Program-made: the position numbers and the translations under genes
Notes under the pieces: model-generated
Told to the model about the DNA's origin: nothing
The model's database searches: none
Seen by the model: only the letters and a program-made list of their open reading frames with translations
Shown here: positions 26,201 to 39,903 of the stretch, piece by piece
Layout: the number at the start of each line of letters is the position of its first letter
How positions within the stretch are numbered: position 1 is the stretch's first letter
Origin: Albugo candida
Taxonomy: Eukaryota
NCBI GenBank assembly: GCA_040437565.1
Contig: JBDOQK010000074.1
Location: 62,001-126,000 of the forward strand
DNA: 64,000 nt
Direction of reading: 5' to 3'

Positions 26201-27719
26201 TTTGCGAATTCGCTGCGCTGAAATGCCGGAGATCTCGTGTGCAGTCAAATTTGTCTAAGGATCAACTTTTCTGCTGAATTTCCGTCAAAGTCCTCGAGAA
26301 AAATTAATTATGGTAATAACAATTTGGTATGGATAAGTCTACATATATCATCAGGAAAGTGAAGAACTGAAGTCAGCATTGCAAAGAGACGACCGAAAAA
26401 ATCTTAAATGCGGACGGTTGCGAATCAAGCATGAGCATTACTCAGCATCGATTGCATTGGCTGATGTAGCTACAAGGGACAACATAAATATGAATTTGGT
26501 GCATTTCACAAATGCTTGATAATGGGGAAACAGCATGTTAAGGCGGATAAATTGGTCCTTCGATACGGAAAGTAGTATCCGCAGAACTTGATGATGTTTA
26601 TATCTCAAAAAAAAAACAATTTTGCCATGACTCACGCGTCCTACGAGATGGGCCTGTTGCGAAGCAATTGATCTTTGGCGAATAGGACAATATTGCAACA
26701 TGCTGTGCACAAACAGTTTGCGATAATCATGATGGCATAGACGTGCTGCCTTTTGTTAGTAAGTAGGCAAAGAAGATAGCGATGTGGTGGTTGCTCTCCA
26801 AAAATTCGTTATATACATTCCGGTAGACTATTTTGCGAAGCTGCAGTTGATATACGGGTCGGTACCAGCGAAAGGAATCATAATCTCTGCGTTATATGAG
26901 GCTTTGATTAGGTTGTTGATTGAATTAAATAAAAGATCGTACAGCCATCCTATATTGCAGTACGATTAAGATCGAAGTCTGTGATGTGTTGTTTCAAATT
27001 GAAAATATGACACTGCTTGCAAATTTTATCTAAGGAAAGATCATAATCAGTGAAACGTAGTGGCCCAAAAAACCTGAAATTTTCCATTATTGCCTTTTGT
27101 GAGGCACTATGAAGATTGATACTCACCAGAGTCGTGAAACAGCTCAAGATCTTCCTATATTTGAGAAGGCACCGTTTGATTACATAATGGGCAACGATGG
27201 CACGTGAAGTTGCGACAGCACCAAGATGCAATTATCGTTTATTCAGAAGGCAGCTATTTACACCACAAGGCTTCATTTAAACTTAGATTATTCCTTGATA
27301 CGAGGTGTCTGCTCCCAGCAAAGTTCTGCAAAAACAAGTCAGGTTCCATTAGAAGTCACTCGCTTTTTATCTGGGGAGTAGCAAGTGATGGTGAGGGCGC
27401 CAAATCCAACGACAGTAAGAAGGATGTGCAAAATTTCATCACGTGACACTAAGGAGTATGAGTGTGGGTTATCTCTAGAAGAAGGCCCTAAAATGCCGTG
27501 GACAAACGTTGCGTGATTTTTTTTCTTTGATTGAATCTGAATTTATAGCAGCCCAGTTGTACCGAACTGGGATGCTAGAATAACGTAAACTCTCTTCATT
27601 GATAAAGTCGTTTGTAACCACATGGGCTTTGTCAAGTTTAAGCCTTTTCACGGCGTCGAAATGGACAAACCAGTGAATAAATATAGTTTTTTTTCAATAT
27701 GTCTTCGGTGTGATAGCGG

Positions 27720-28433
27720 TTCATCTTGCTATGTAACGACGGTGCTGACACTGATCTGTACTACGGACCCGTGGAGGTTGAAGTGGCATTCCTTGTTCAC
27801 CTCCTGCCTCACGCGCTTGCGGATGCCTCTTTCCTGGAGCGTAAAGTCGCGCTGTACTTGGTATCACTTTGTCTTCAGTCGAGGATAACGTCGTGTCCTT
27901 GCGGAGATCCGCACGCTTCTCCGCACAAGAGGGAAAGGTGATGCTGCTGGCAGACACGACCGAAGTTTGGCCATCCTCGAGTCTTCGAGCTTCAAGCCTG
28001 GTAAGGCGAACTACAATTACACCCTTTAGCTCAGTCACCAGATCCAGCATCCTTGCCATGACTTCGCGGGTGCTTTAAGCCGAACTAGCTTCATCGTCGT
28101 TGGTGTGGGTCGTGGATGGCGCTTGAACTTGATTTGGTCCAGGTGCACATGGCTATAATCGTTTGAAACACCGCAGGGAATGGGAAGTTGCTTTATGCAG
28201 GGAGAAAAAAGAAGAAAGTTTATCATGCATCCTGGTTATTTTCCGTTCTACGTCCTTCTCACCCTTGTGACTTATTCTGGGACTGCCCGATCGTTTGATC
28301 GACGTGGATACAAATCACCGCATCGGGACAGCCCGTAATGAAAGGTGCACGAACCATAGCCAGCTCCTTGAGTAATTCCCCTCAAGGGTGTGACTATTGC
28401 CACCGACGTTTTGACTTATGTCACATACAAAAC
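27720..28433 (-). mobile_element. 5' fragment of a Ty1/copia element (probable LTR plus gag start)
   Basis: VRLTRLEARRLEDGQTSVVSASS matches ARLDRLEARRVEDDQASVVSADS in the copia at 51.3 kb. A degenerate primer-binding site (gattatagcc) sits near 28160 on the minus strand. Boundaries are approximate. Confidence 0.6.
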
Positions 28434-28523
28434 ATCTCTGATTGGCTAATTTTTGTAAGCAAACATATATTCATCAACAAGGGGACTATATTACTGCGTC
28501 TACGTAAGATAGATACATAATAC

Positions 28524-28884
28524 ATGACACGTTTCCACGTTTCCACGATTTCGGATTTCATCGCTTTCCTCCCTACCACGCATCAACATTCAACGAGTTG
28601 CCCAATAATAACGGCTTTCAAGCAAAAAACGGATTCAAAACACACAAAAGAATCTGATGGCAATGTTCAGAACAAATTGCTGCAGCCACCAACCGGACTT
28701 ATTGGAGTCGAATATAATTCTGTCAAAGCGATGGAAAAGACATTGAATGAATTCGCTGCCACAGAAGGGTAAAGTGTAGTGACAAAATGATTCTACAAGC
28801 AGCGTAACGGACACTACGATTTATCACTGAAATGTGTAAAGTGTATATCCGTATGTGAAGTATACAGCCTTGGTATATTATGTA
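28524..28884 (+). mobile_element. Remnant of a MULE sharing TIR sequence with element B (element L)
   Basis: aatgtgtaaagtgtatatccgta..gtatacagccttggtatatt (28832-28879) matches 39848-39896. It is preceded by a short FAR1-like peptide (KTLNEFAATEG). Confidence 0.5.
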
Positions 28885-30168
28885 GGGAATCATTATGCAG
28901 CCCTCAGCCTCCATAAATTGATGGAAAGTGTGGCTTCTGATAGGTTTGAATAAATAAAACAGAATAAATAGAATGAAATTAGGCCATTTCTATATGTACA
29001 CCCTCCTTGATCCGTAGCCTATCAGAAGCTTGCTGTGAGATGAGCTTTTTTTTTTGTAAATGTAGCCACCGATGCATTCTCTGTTAATACTAGTCTCATT
29101 TCCATCGAATTTATGTGTGCTCATGACTTTCTCTCTGAATGCTACACCACTGGTTTTTTATTGCAACAGAATAAATACAATAAAATCACGAAAAAAACTT
29201 CGCTTTCAACAAATTTTGTACTTCTAAAATCTAAGTTTATACTCAAATCTACTGCTGCAGGTGTTGCTGTTGGTGTTGCTGTTGGTGTTGCTATTGCGTC
29301 TTGACGGCAGGTTCTAGCATTGTGGTCTGTGTTTTGGCATTTCTGACATCTTTGGCGACGACACACAGGAGCATTTAAAGTAGCAGTAGCATTCTCGATA
29401 GACTACCACGCTTGCGCTGTTGCACAAGATCCCGAATTTCTGTCTCTGGAACTGCCAAGATATAGTCTAGCAGCGCACGCTTACGATGATTGAAAGAATT
29501 CTCGTAATCATTAGCAATCCTCTTCAATGCTATCTCAATTCCAATTGTCATGGTCTCAGCCTCAATATGAATTTGACATTGTCTGTATCAGCCACCAATG
29601 CTGGTCAAAATTTTTAACAGACAGTTTTTTTATTACAAGACGAAAAGCATGGGCGCAAGGATAGCTCATTGTGGCTGTAAACAAGACTATAAGTTAATTG
29701 AAGTTGCAGTCAGTTGCGGTCAATGGCACATAGTTGCGATTACTTGCACTTAGTCACAGTTTACAGAACTTGACAATCTCGGTCATCACTAAGCCGCCGA
29801 TAAGATGAGAGCAGACCTTTTACTGAAATCTTCTCCATCACCTCTGAGAACATGGAACCAAGCTTCATCGTGACTACAGACCGCTGNNNNNNNNNNNNNN
29901 NNNNNNNNNNNNNNNNNNNNNNNNNNNNNNNNNNNNNNNNNNNNNNNNNNNNNNNNNNNNNNNNNNNNNNNNNNNNNNNNNNNNNNTAATCAATTGTTGC
30001 CTTCGCCTGTTCCATGGAAGCTTAGGCAAGCTGGGGTGGTGGTGCAAAGCTGTTTATTGTGGCTTCTAAAGAAGATAAAGTGTGATTTCATGTTATTAAT
30101 TCCGTTGCATATATGGAGGATGGGGCTGAATAACGATTCTCATGCTTTTATTCTCTTCATGGGAACAC

Positions 30169-32452
30169 GGGAATTTTGTACCATTTTGTATAAATTTATG
30201 ATTTTTATACCAGAAGTTTATGAAAAGTGAGAAATATACCAAAAGTTTAAAAATTGGAAAATTAGACCAAAACGAATATTTCAAGAGCGAAATTGTAAAA
30301 ATAGTAAAAATATATCAAAAAGTTTAGAGTTTACAGATTCGTGAGTGCCTCATCGTTAGGCTATCACATGCAGCGATTATGACGAATGCTGGCAATGAGG
30401 CTACCTTTTTGATACACAAGAGTCAAGTAACAGCTGTTTGTCAGGGGAATGGGCAGACGGACGCGCATAGTTACGCTCACGTGACTNNNNNNNNNNNNNN
30501 NNNNNNNNNNNNNNNNNNNNNNNNNNNNNNNNNNNNNNNNNNNNNNNNNNNNNNNNNNNNNNNNNNNNNNNNNNNNNNNNNNNNNNTCATCGTTAGGCTA
30601 TCACATGCAGCGATTATGACGAATGCTGGCAATGAGGCTACCTTTTTGATACACAAGAGTCAAGTAACAGCTGTTTGTCAGGGGAATGGGCAGACGGACG
30701 CGCATAGTTACGCTCACGTGACTACGCCAGTCACAACGACATATCAAGTACAGTAATTGAGTACCACGAAAACGTTGGACGGTCGTTTCGTGTCATATCG
30801 AGCGACCAAGACGCTACAACGTGTTATGTGTCAGTCCAGATTGCAGCTTCACAGTCGCTTTTGCGTATGGTAGTGGATTTGAGCCGCCTCATACGTCCGC
30901 GCCGCACACATGCGACGATACGAGGGTTGAGTTGGCTTCATACAAAGCGAGTTGTGGAAACAAGTCGTCATATGTCGCTTCCTTTGATTAAGCCCTCCGA
31001 TTCGTCGTTGGTAAGGGTCGTGACGCTAGTCCATCTGAGCTACAGAAGAAGCTGGCGGCTGATGGGAATCGATTGACGTACCAGACCTCTGTCAACGCGT
31101 GTATCCAAGTCAAAGCGCAACTCTTCGATGAAGATCGCACCCAGTATCAGTTCACCTTGTAATAATTAACAAGAGTGGACATGAGGCAGATAGCGAGCTG
31201 CGTGAGGACAGAATTTGTCGTATCGGCATCGTATACAAGCCCGGCATTCACGCGATTCGCGAGTTTGTAGATCACGGGTTCAGCCTGGGTAGCACATCAT
31301 TGAAGCACAAAAATGGTAGAGACCTTATCGCTTGCCACAAGCACAGAGACAATGAAACTTAGATTGTAGCGGTCCCTTGGGTGTCAAGCGAGACGAAATA
31401 AAAATGGCCATGCCTCCTGGACTTTCTTCTACGCTCTGTGGAAGAGCCAACATTTTTCAGCTCCGACCGTAACAAGGGTCTCATTCCCGCGATGCAAGTT
31501 GAAGCAGGTTGCGTCGTTCAAATGACGAGCCAGTGAGTTGAAAAAAAAAATGGAAAGGCGCAGCAATGGCTACTCGATGCAGATGAGCTCAAATGGGTGG
31601 CCACGTATAGTATACGTCCGCGGTTTGGAACCATGGCGAGCAACAACGTGGAGTCTGGAAGTAACGTCCTGCTTGAAGCTAGAGATAGGCCAATTCTGGA
31701 CTGTCTGATGGCGGTGGAAAAGTAAATAGGGATCAAGTGGGCTAAATTCGTCGCCAATTTGGCTTCATGGGAGGATTACAGCTTACGCAACCAAAGAACT
31801 CGAGCGCAAACGCTTTGTCTCTGTCGTTGAAAAGATCGAAATTATCCCAGTTTCCTGTCATACTTCGTGGTCAAGGTGAGGAAGAATGGAGAGCTGCTTG
31901 TCGAGTATTCTGTCGATCTAGATAATCCTGAAAGCCAGTATTCTTGTGGCTTCTTTGGGGACATGAAAGGGTCATGCTATCCTCTCTATGCGGCCTTTCT
32001 GTCCGTCAACAAACTCTCGCTACTCATAACTATCTGCGATAAGTCATGGACCATGGTGGGATACCAGCGTGCTTACGACCCCTTGGTAATTATAAGTCCA
32101 TGCGTAACGAAAGATGAGCTGACGCTTTCAGAGAAGCACCACCCACTCATGGTGCCAAAGAACCGAGGCCGATCGAAGAAGTCGAAGCGATCGAGTCCCA
32201 GGCTTCCACAGAAGCTTTGAAGAAGAAGCGCATCAACAATTGCACTATTTACGGTGACTACGGCCACAACAAGCGCACACGGCAAGGGTCAATGTGATAA
32301 CTCGAAATATTTTCCATATTTGTACATAAATATCAGACTTTTTGGTACATTTTTTCTTTTTTTACAATTTTACCCGTGAAATATTCGTTTTGGTATAATC
32401 AAACTTTTGGTAAAAATATATTTCATTTTTCTAGAAAGTGGTATGAAATCCT
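30169..32452 (+). mobile_element. MULE C with pseudogenised MuDR-type transposase
   Basis: AT-rich TIRs of about 150 bp share accaaaacgaatatttca. Internal motifs include SSDRNKGL, MASNNVESGSNVL, a SWIM-like remnant and the knuckle remnant GHNKRT. Confidence 0.8.
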
Positions 32453-32469
32453 AGGGCCCCCGTTATTTG

Positions 32470-34715
32470 GGTAATTGCTGTTACCACCCACCGAATTTCT
32501 ACTTCCACCCACCACGTGGTTTTCTGACCAATCAGATTAAGGCGGTATTTTCCCCCACCTACAGTACAGTATATGATTGGGCAACCTTAGGCATACGAGG
32601 GATGAGCGTTCTGATAATGCAAAGGAGTAGGCAATAGTTTGAATTTCGTACGCAATTTCAGGTTTTTCAATTACTTTTCTCACCTGCCTCAAGTTTCTTG
32701 GATTTACTGCTGTGTAATGGTGACGGGATAACCGGACATGGAACAGAACATGTCATCGCAATCTTCCATTTTGCCTACACGATGGCAATGGTGTTGTTGA
32801 AAGCTGTGTGGGACATTTTAGGATATCATGCCCCTGCCTGATACAATTTTATATATCGCCGCTTAGGCTTCATTGCATGCTCAAATGTTGACGTTTCGCG
32901 CTTTCTTGTTGAAATGATAACCTTATTTCAGGCCCCAAGTGAACGCCCTTTCGCCTTTACGACAGAAGGTCCAGCGAGGGCCGAAATATTCCCAATTGCC
33001 AATTCCGAAATTTTAGCATATATGATTGACTGTTGGGCTGTCGAGAATTAAAAATCGGCTTTGCAGTGATTTTATGTGGAGCTGAACGGATGCGATGTTG
33101 TTCGACATTATGAAACTTGCTTGTCCCCTTCCGTTATTGCATTGCAGTTAATGTCACGTAGGTGCCAATTCTGGTGGATCAATGTTGAAGGTATGGGGAT
33201 GTTACAAAGCTCATGGATCTCATGCACACATGAAAATCGCATGATGCTCCCCAACGTATGACTACACGAATTCTTCAAATCCTCTAACCAGCTGTTCATA
33301 ACTTACGCTACCACGGAATGCATGTGGGATTTGGATGCGTTCACTAGAAATGTTTGCTCCAAGCTTCCGGAATTGGTGATCAGTGGCTTGCTTCATTCTT
33401 GCCTGAACGAGATCCATATTTTCAGCAGATGTTTGTAGGTACCGCTTTAAAGCCGAATGCGCTCGACCAATCGCCGACATCGAAGTATTTGTAAAATGCA
33501 TCACCTTGTCTGGCCTGGCACGCATAAATTTTGCTTCATGCGGAGTCCAGGTTTTCTCCAAATAGCTGACACCGTCCAGTTTTCCAACATACTTTAGCCT
33601 GAAATGCGCTCCCCTCTGCATAATAATTTGCAATTGTCTTCAATCTACAAACTCTTGTCCCACTTTTAAAAATCCTCTCATTCCTCGTTCGTGCCAGATT
33701 TACCCCATAGGGGGTATGCGCAATCCGAAAATCTTCTTCAATGGCACCAGCTAGTGCCAAATCGCGATCTGTCACCAGAACGTCTGGGGCTGTATCAGCA
33801 TGTTTTACGACTGCCCAAGTGCTCAGATATAATCTGTCTTCGCCTTCCCTGATAAAAATGCAAATGCCGAGTAAAATGTTGAGTTCATTACCGTTCGCCC
33901 ATCAATGCTCAGCATATGCATCCTGGAACTGCTCGTTTTGTACGTACAATCCAAGAGAAGAACCATATTATTCCGGCGAGCTAAACGAATGGATGTTGGA
34001 TGGGCCACAAACAAATGTGTGACGCACCCATCACCCGTGGTGTGAGTTCATCTATCAAAGCCTGAATCGGGGACCTTCTGCCAATTCCTTCAGACGAGAT
34101 TGCGGCTTAGCGTTGTAGAAGTTTTCTGCCGTAGCCAGTGATTTGGGAAATTCAGGACACAAAAGCGTTTATGCCCGAAGTGCGGGTAATCCGGCTGATA
34201 CAAGTTCCTGTACGCAGACCTTTTCTTCTCCAAGCATTCTTCTGCATCCTGGGTGCCCAGCCATATTATCTGAAGGTTCATGATTGTGTTGGCTTTTCCG
34301 CATTTTGACCTTCCAGCTACCATCTCTACTCTTCTTCCCAAAAGCCTCCCAATGACACCCCTGCAGTCTCGTTCCTGTCTTCCGTGTCTTTCCCTCAGCA
34401 TTTCCAGCCTAGCGTTTCATATAATCCCGACCAAGATTCCAAGCAAGCAAAACTCGCCTGCCTCCATCTGAGCGTTTTATCGACACCCCATAACCAGACT
34501 CACGATACACATGGCGAACGTGTTCAATGAAATCATAACGAGTGGCAGAAGATTGGTTGGAATTGACGAAAGAGGACATTGACATAGGCTGGTGGAAAAA
34601 GTAAAAACTTGGGTGGAAATAGCATAGGGTTGGTGGAAAAGTAAAAAGCTGGGTCGAAATACCACCGTAACATGACTAGTCAGAAAGCCATGTGGTGGGT
34701 GGAAATAGCGATTCC
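32470..34715 (-). mobile_element. MULE D with pseudogenised FAR1/Hop-type transposase
   Basis: TIRs share ttccacccaccac(g/a)tgg(t/c)tttctgac. TSD-like flanks cgttatttg / ctttattta match 7/9. Motifs LLLDCTYKT, VTDRDLAL, AHSALKRYL and CVHEI. Confidence 0.85.
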
Positions 34716-34850
34716 CTTTATTTATTCTATTATATCATTTGAACCAACCAGAAGCCACGCTTTCAAATAATTCATGGAGGCTGGGGGCTAATTAAAGAAA
34801 AGATGGAGGCTGATTAACAATTTCCTGTTTCATAAGGGATTATAAAAAAT

Positions 34851-37223
34851 GGGGCTGCTATCCGCACACTCCCATTTGCTAATTGCCCCCTGGATTATAG
34901 CCAATCAAAAGCCTGCGAAAGCTTCGCCTAAATGACTTGTTAGCAGTTAGTCTCCCACTTTATCGATCAATTTACATGAATGAGATTCTTGAATATAATA
35001 ATTACAAACGACTAAAAATTGGGCTGAAGGCTGGTAGGAACGCTTCGATGACATCAAACTTGGACAGAGATAGACAAGAATAGGTAGCAAATACACTGGT
35101 CCAAAAGCAAATTTATCATTTTTCAGAGTAATTGCTTAAACGTTTTTCGTTCAGGTCATTATCTAAAGGGTATTGATATCCCGACAACTTTTTTTTCAAT
35201 TACAGCATGTCTAGTTAAATTATTACTCTCACAACTTTTTCTTTTTTACTAAATACATCAATAATCATACATTTTTAAATAATTACATCCATACACACCC
35301 AAAATTGTTGCTCCAACAACTTCAATCGAGACTTATTTTTGATTGGCTAATTCACAGATGTTTTAACTGTGGTAGGCTAATACATATGACAATTTCCATT
35401 TGACACATATTCTATTTCTATACGCTGCCTACGAGATTGCAATATGCTTCCCCCATCAATACATCAAAACTACAACACATTTGAAGATCTCTTCAAGGCT
35501 GTACAAGAGTTTGCATTCATTGAAGGCTATGCTTTGGCTATAAAGAGCTCTACCAAAAATCTGCGATGCTGCATAAAGTGCGACTTAAAAAAGGACATAC
35601 GATACAAGGTAAGACTGGAGCCCAGAATTTCAACTCTACTGATACAAGTAAAACAGGTCAAACCTTAACAGAAGGATCGATAGCGCCAAGCAGCCACCAA
35701 GTCAATTGACCGCCCGTTTTTGCTCTACGCCACAATATATAAACGTGATTCAAATTGGAGATTGCTTGTAAAAAACGGTCAACATAATCATGAAAAATCA
35801 AAAGATATTGCTGGGCATTCAATAGCACAAAGGTTTACGATTGAGGCAAAAACAACGATTCAAAGGTGCCTTCACTCTGGAGCTAGACCTAGCGAGGCGA
35901 GAAAAGCTCTTGAACTGCAAGATTCATCAAATAGAGCTAGCATGAGGGGCATTTACTATGAAAAGGTAAAGTCATGAATTAGCCTCAGAAATTTTTGTGC
36001 TTAGATATGTCAGAATTTGATTTTATTCTAATCATTTCACTTTCCAGGGTAAGATGCGAAATCAGTTCCTCAATGGTAGAACACAAATCGCAGCACTACT
36101 TGAGGAGCTCAANNNNNNNNNNNNNNNNNNNNNNNNNNNNNNNNNNNNNNNNNNNNNNNNNNNNNNNNNNNNNNNNNNNNNNNNNNNNNNNNNNNNNNNN
36201 NNNNNNNNNNNNTCCGGTTTCAAGCTTAGATTCTGGACAAGCTTTGATAAATAATTAGAGATTTTTCCTTTACAATTTTTTTTCATTATACCTTTTATTT
36301 TCGGCCGTTAGTGTATAATAAATGTTGCATCTTTACCACGCATTATAGCTCAGCAAACTGCCAATGAATCTTCTATCAATGGTGAGTGTTTAGCTCTGCT
36401 GAAGGTATCTATATTACAAGAATTAGCCTTAGACGTGAATTACTTCTAACAGCTAGAAACGAAGACTTATTACTTTTCGAAAGAGTTGTGGGAGTGATAA
36501 ATTAATGAGGCATGACGTAATCTAAATTAAAAGTAAATGTAATTTAAAGAAAAAATTGTCGGGATATCAATACCCATTATTTATTGTTAAAAAAGTTGTG
36601 GAAGCAATTGATTAAGTAGGCATGATGTAATTTAAAATGAAAAATAAAAATGTAATTAAAATAGAAAGTTGTCGGGATATCAATACCCTATCTAAATTAT
36701 CGAATATTATCTAGCTAATTTGCAATTTTTTGCGACAAATCTCATCGGAAGCACTAAAAACAAGCCTTCCTGGTACATTGGAGCCAAAATGATACTGTAT
36801 CTCATCGATAGTGTGGGTGCCGGTAAAGATTACGTAGTAGATTCGTATTATACGCATAGATCATATATTGGTTCAAAGAAAGCTAGGACTAGGACTGATG
36901 TGAACGGTCACGATGATAGTTCATCCTGCTGGTTTTTATCCTTGAAATTTACAAATTTGATTAAATTTACGCTTTAGTGCGACTGTCACCAAAAAAAGTT
37001 TGACAAGTTATTTACGGTGTAATCCACCTCTTTTCACCAAGGATATCCATCCATTCATTTTTGTACGTATATTACTGAGAATTAACACATTGAATCGTGA
37101 TGAAATATCGGCTATTTTTGCGTCTAAACAGTTCCGCGACGCGAGGAAGTTTTCCAGGCGTTTGATTGGCTATAAATTAGCGGGGTCCGGTTAGCAGTGG
37201 GGGGTGTCCGGATAGCAGCTCCC
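34851..37223. mobile_element. Non-autonomous MULE-type element E, containing G
   Basis: TIRs of about 75 bp (ggggctgctatccg.. / ..cggatagcagctccc) with an exact 8-bp TSD TAAAAAAT. Confidence 0.85.
35168..36688 (+). mobile_element. MULE G with the 5' part of a transposase and a duplicated right end
   Basis: Perfect TIR GGGTATTGATATCCCGACAACTTT with 8-bp TSD TATCTAAA. FAR1-like remnants include QEFAFIEGYAL..CCIKCD and WRLLVKNGQHNH. An extra right end finishes at 36575. Confidence 0.85.
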
Positions 37224-37259
37224 TAAAAAATATACCAATTTGATAAATAAATAAAAGAA

Positions 37260-38002
37260 GGGAGCTGCTAACCGGACACCCCTCTTTGCTAACGGGACAC
37301 CCCCTCCTGCTATATGTTTTATAAAATTTAAAAATACCCCCACCCCCTATTTAGGTGAATATAAAGGTTACATATTATTTTGGGCACTTCCTGAACGGGA
37401 AATTCCTTACCCTACACAGCACATATGTGCTACATGACCACGGCCTCTTCTCTACCTTAACGTCTTCCTGTTGGAATATGGTCGCAATAGTGCAAGAAAA
37501 GGGCGTTGAGGTAAGCCACAATGATTCGTGGATGATTTCTTGTTACCGGGTTTTTCTTCAGGCTATTTATAGCGATTCCACCGACGATGTCCCGCTTGCC
37601 CAAGAATTCCGCGCGGAAATGTTGCCCCAGATGGGAGTCTTAAAATGAAATTCAGTAGGTAGGTATCAGCAGGCGGGAATTAGGAGTGTACAGGCTATGC
37701 AGAATTTTATCCGTCGTTCTTATTTTTATGATAAACTTTCCCATTTATCTCAAACCCTTTCATCCCAATCAGTAAATCAACAATAGATCCAGCAGTCATA
37801 GCATTCTATTATTAGAATTATTCGTCGATCGGAATTCTTGTCAACGCATCTCCCTATACTAAAACTGAAACGCCGAACTCACCACATAAACAAACCAAAT
37901 CATCACAAGGTATTGACTCATATTTGATTATGGGGGCGCGGTGTTTATTAAAATATATGAATATATGCGAGGAGAGGGGGGGGTGTCCGGTTAGCAGCTC
38001 CT
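37260..38002. mobile_element. MITE-like element H, same TIR family as E
   Basis: Ends gggagctgctaaccggacacccc / ggggtgtccggttagcagctcct, with flanks taaaagaa / taaaaaaa. Confidence 0.8.
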
Positions 38003-39903
38003 TAAAAAAATACCAAGGCTGTATACTATACGTATGGATATACACGCACCTAGGAGTATAACGAGAAAACCCAATTTTGGATGAAAAACCTCTGATCAAT
38101 GATGCACTATGTAGTGAGAATAACGAAGCATACAATTATGCGTACCATATGGTACAGGTCTTACGATTATGGTCAAAATGGTTGCATATTCCACATCTCA
38201 TCCGGCGCTTTTCCATTTTCTCAGTAGCTTGTTGCGATTGATCCGCTTCTTCTTTGATGGCGCCCTTTTTTCTCAGAGCAGATGGAAGGTTGCACACACC
38301 TCGGGTAAGATCATTTTTCAGCACGATTGGCATTATGTTTGTCAGATCTTTCAGAGTAGGCAGCCGCAATCGTCGATGATTTCCAGGAGTCATGAAAATA
38401 CGTGACCATGTTGGGCAATTTTCTGGAATTATTCAATGCTACTAATGCATGAATGCAAGGCAAGCCATCGTCTTCGAAGTACCCAGACGATCATCGCAAA
38501 ACTTTAGCGGAATTATACTGCAAATTTCATCGGAATACTCTCCAGCCCTGAGCGGATTGCGACGATGTAGCATCAGGTCGAACATTCATCAATTTCACCT
38601 CACCTCGCAGCGGCCATTGTTTTATCCTCCTTTCGTGATGCATATGGAGTTAGTACTTCCCATCCTTTCACTTCGCTGATATTCTCAGCCCACTTGCACC
38701 CTACGTAACTTTTAATTCCCATTAAGCAGTCGATGATAGGAAGACTCCGAATTCCCCTCAATACGCTGTTTACCGCCTCCACGTTGTTCGATGTCAAAGT
38801 GTTGTATCTTGGACATGGTGAGTAAGCTATTGACCAATTTTTACGACCAAACTACTGTAGCCACACCAGCGCACTGCTGTTCAAATTGGCGATATTCGTC
38901 TTCGCCTTCTCGTACTCCACTGTTGTTCGTCAACGAGCCAATATCCGCGCCAAATTCTTCAACAGCTTGGACTTGTAATTCTTGATAAAAGTCGTCATCA
39001 AATGCTAGAAGCAGAAGAAAGGTGGGAAGTCTGGTGTCGATGTATGCATAGCATTCATAAGTCCATTGTCTCTATCCGATATCACGAATGCTGGAGATGG
39101 CTGGAGGTGAGAGAGTAGGAACTTCAAAAACCAGCTCCAGTTATCTTCATTCTACACCGACACGAGCCCAATTTGTATCATGCTGTTTTTATTCCGAAAG
39201 CACTATACAAAGAGAATCCCACCAATTAAGGTCTTCATAAATTTGCCGTGCTCGGAAATCACACGATCATTGCAGGACTTATATGAAGCCCTTCTTAGGA
39301 AATGATACTCAGCCGCATAAATCCATTATCTACGATATTAAGCTTGGCTTCGAGGCCTCGAATGTTTAGTTCAGACATATAGGATGGAATGAGGCTGTAC
39401 TGCTCAATATCACTATTGAATAACTCAAGATTCAACTTCTTGAGTGCGTGAGCACAGTTCATATATGTGGAGGAGTAAGTTTCCTGCCGGAAATCATGGC
39501 CATATCTCTGACTGTAGAGTTACGGCAATATTTCTTCACAGTTTTATTTCTACGAGACGCCTTTGACGATTCGGATAATTGACAGCAGTGCAAAACAAAC
39601 TTTCTTGGAGGGATGAATGACTGCGAAAAGGCAAACTAAACAACGAAGAAACAGCTATACTGACTGTGTGCACACTGCTTTGTAACGCCGTTTGTCGCTT
39701 GACCACACACGAAATCGACGGTTACATTATCGGTTGTACTCAATTACTGCTTGAATTATATCCCTCTTATTGGCATAACTCCTGTTCTCGAAGAAGCTGC
39801 TGCCACTTGGCTGTTTTTCGTCTTCATTTTCCATCGCTGGTATTAAAAATGTGTAATGTGTATACCCGTACATATAGTATACAGCCTTGGTATATTTTTT
39901 TAT

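Larger units (their letters stand above)
28885..34825 (-). mobile_element. MULE A (decayed), containing nested elements C and D
   Basis: TIR cagcctccataaattgatggaaagtgtggcttctg (about 28.9 kb) pairs with its inverted copy at about 34.75-34.83 kb. The C-terminal zinc knuckle CQKCQNTDHNARTC lies at 29.3 kb on the minus strand. Confidence 0.7.

Noticed and set aside
38013..39890. MULE with atypical CCAAGG..CCTTGG termini and a TA TSD
   Set aside because: The TIRs continue outward once E, H and I are removed, giving normal G-rich ends at 34836 and 40899.
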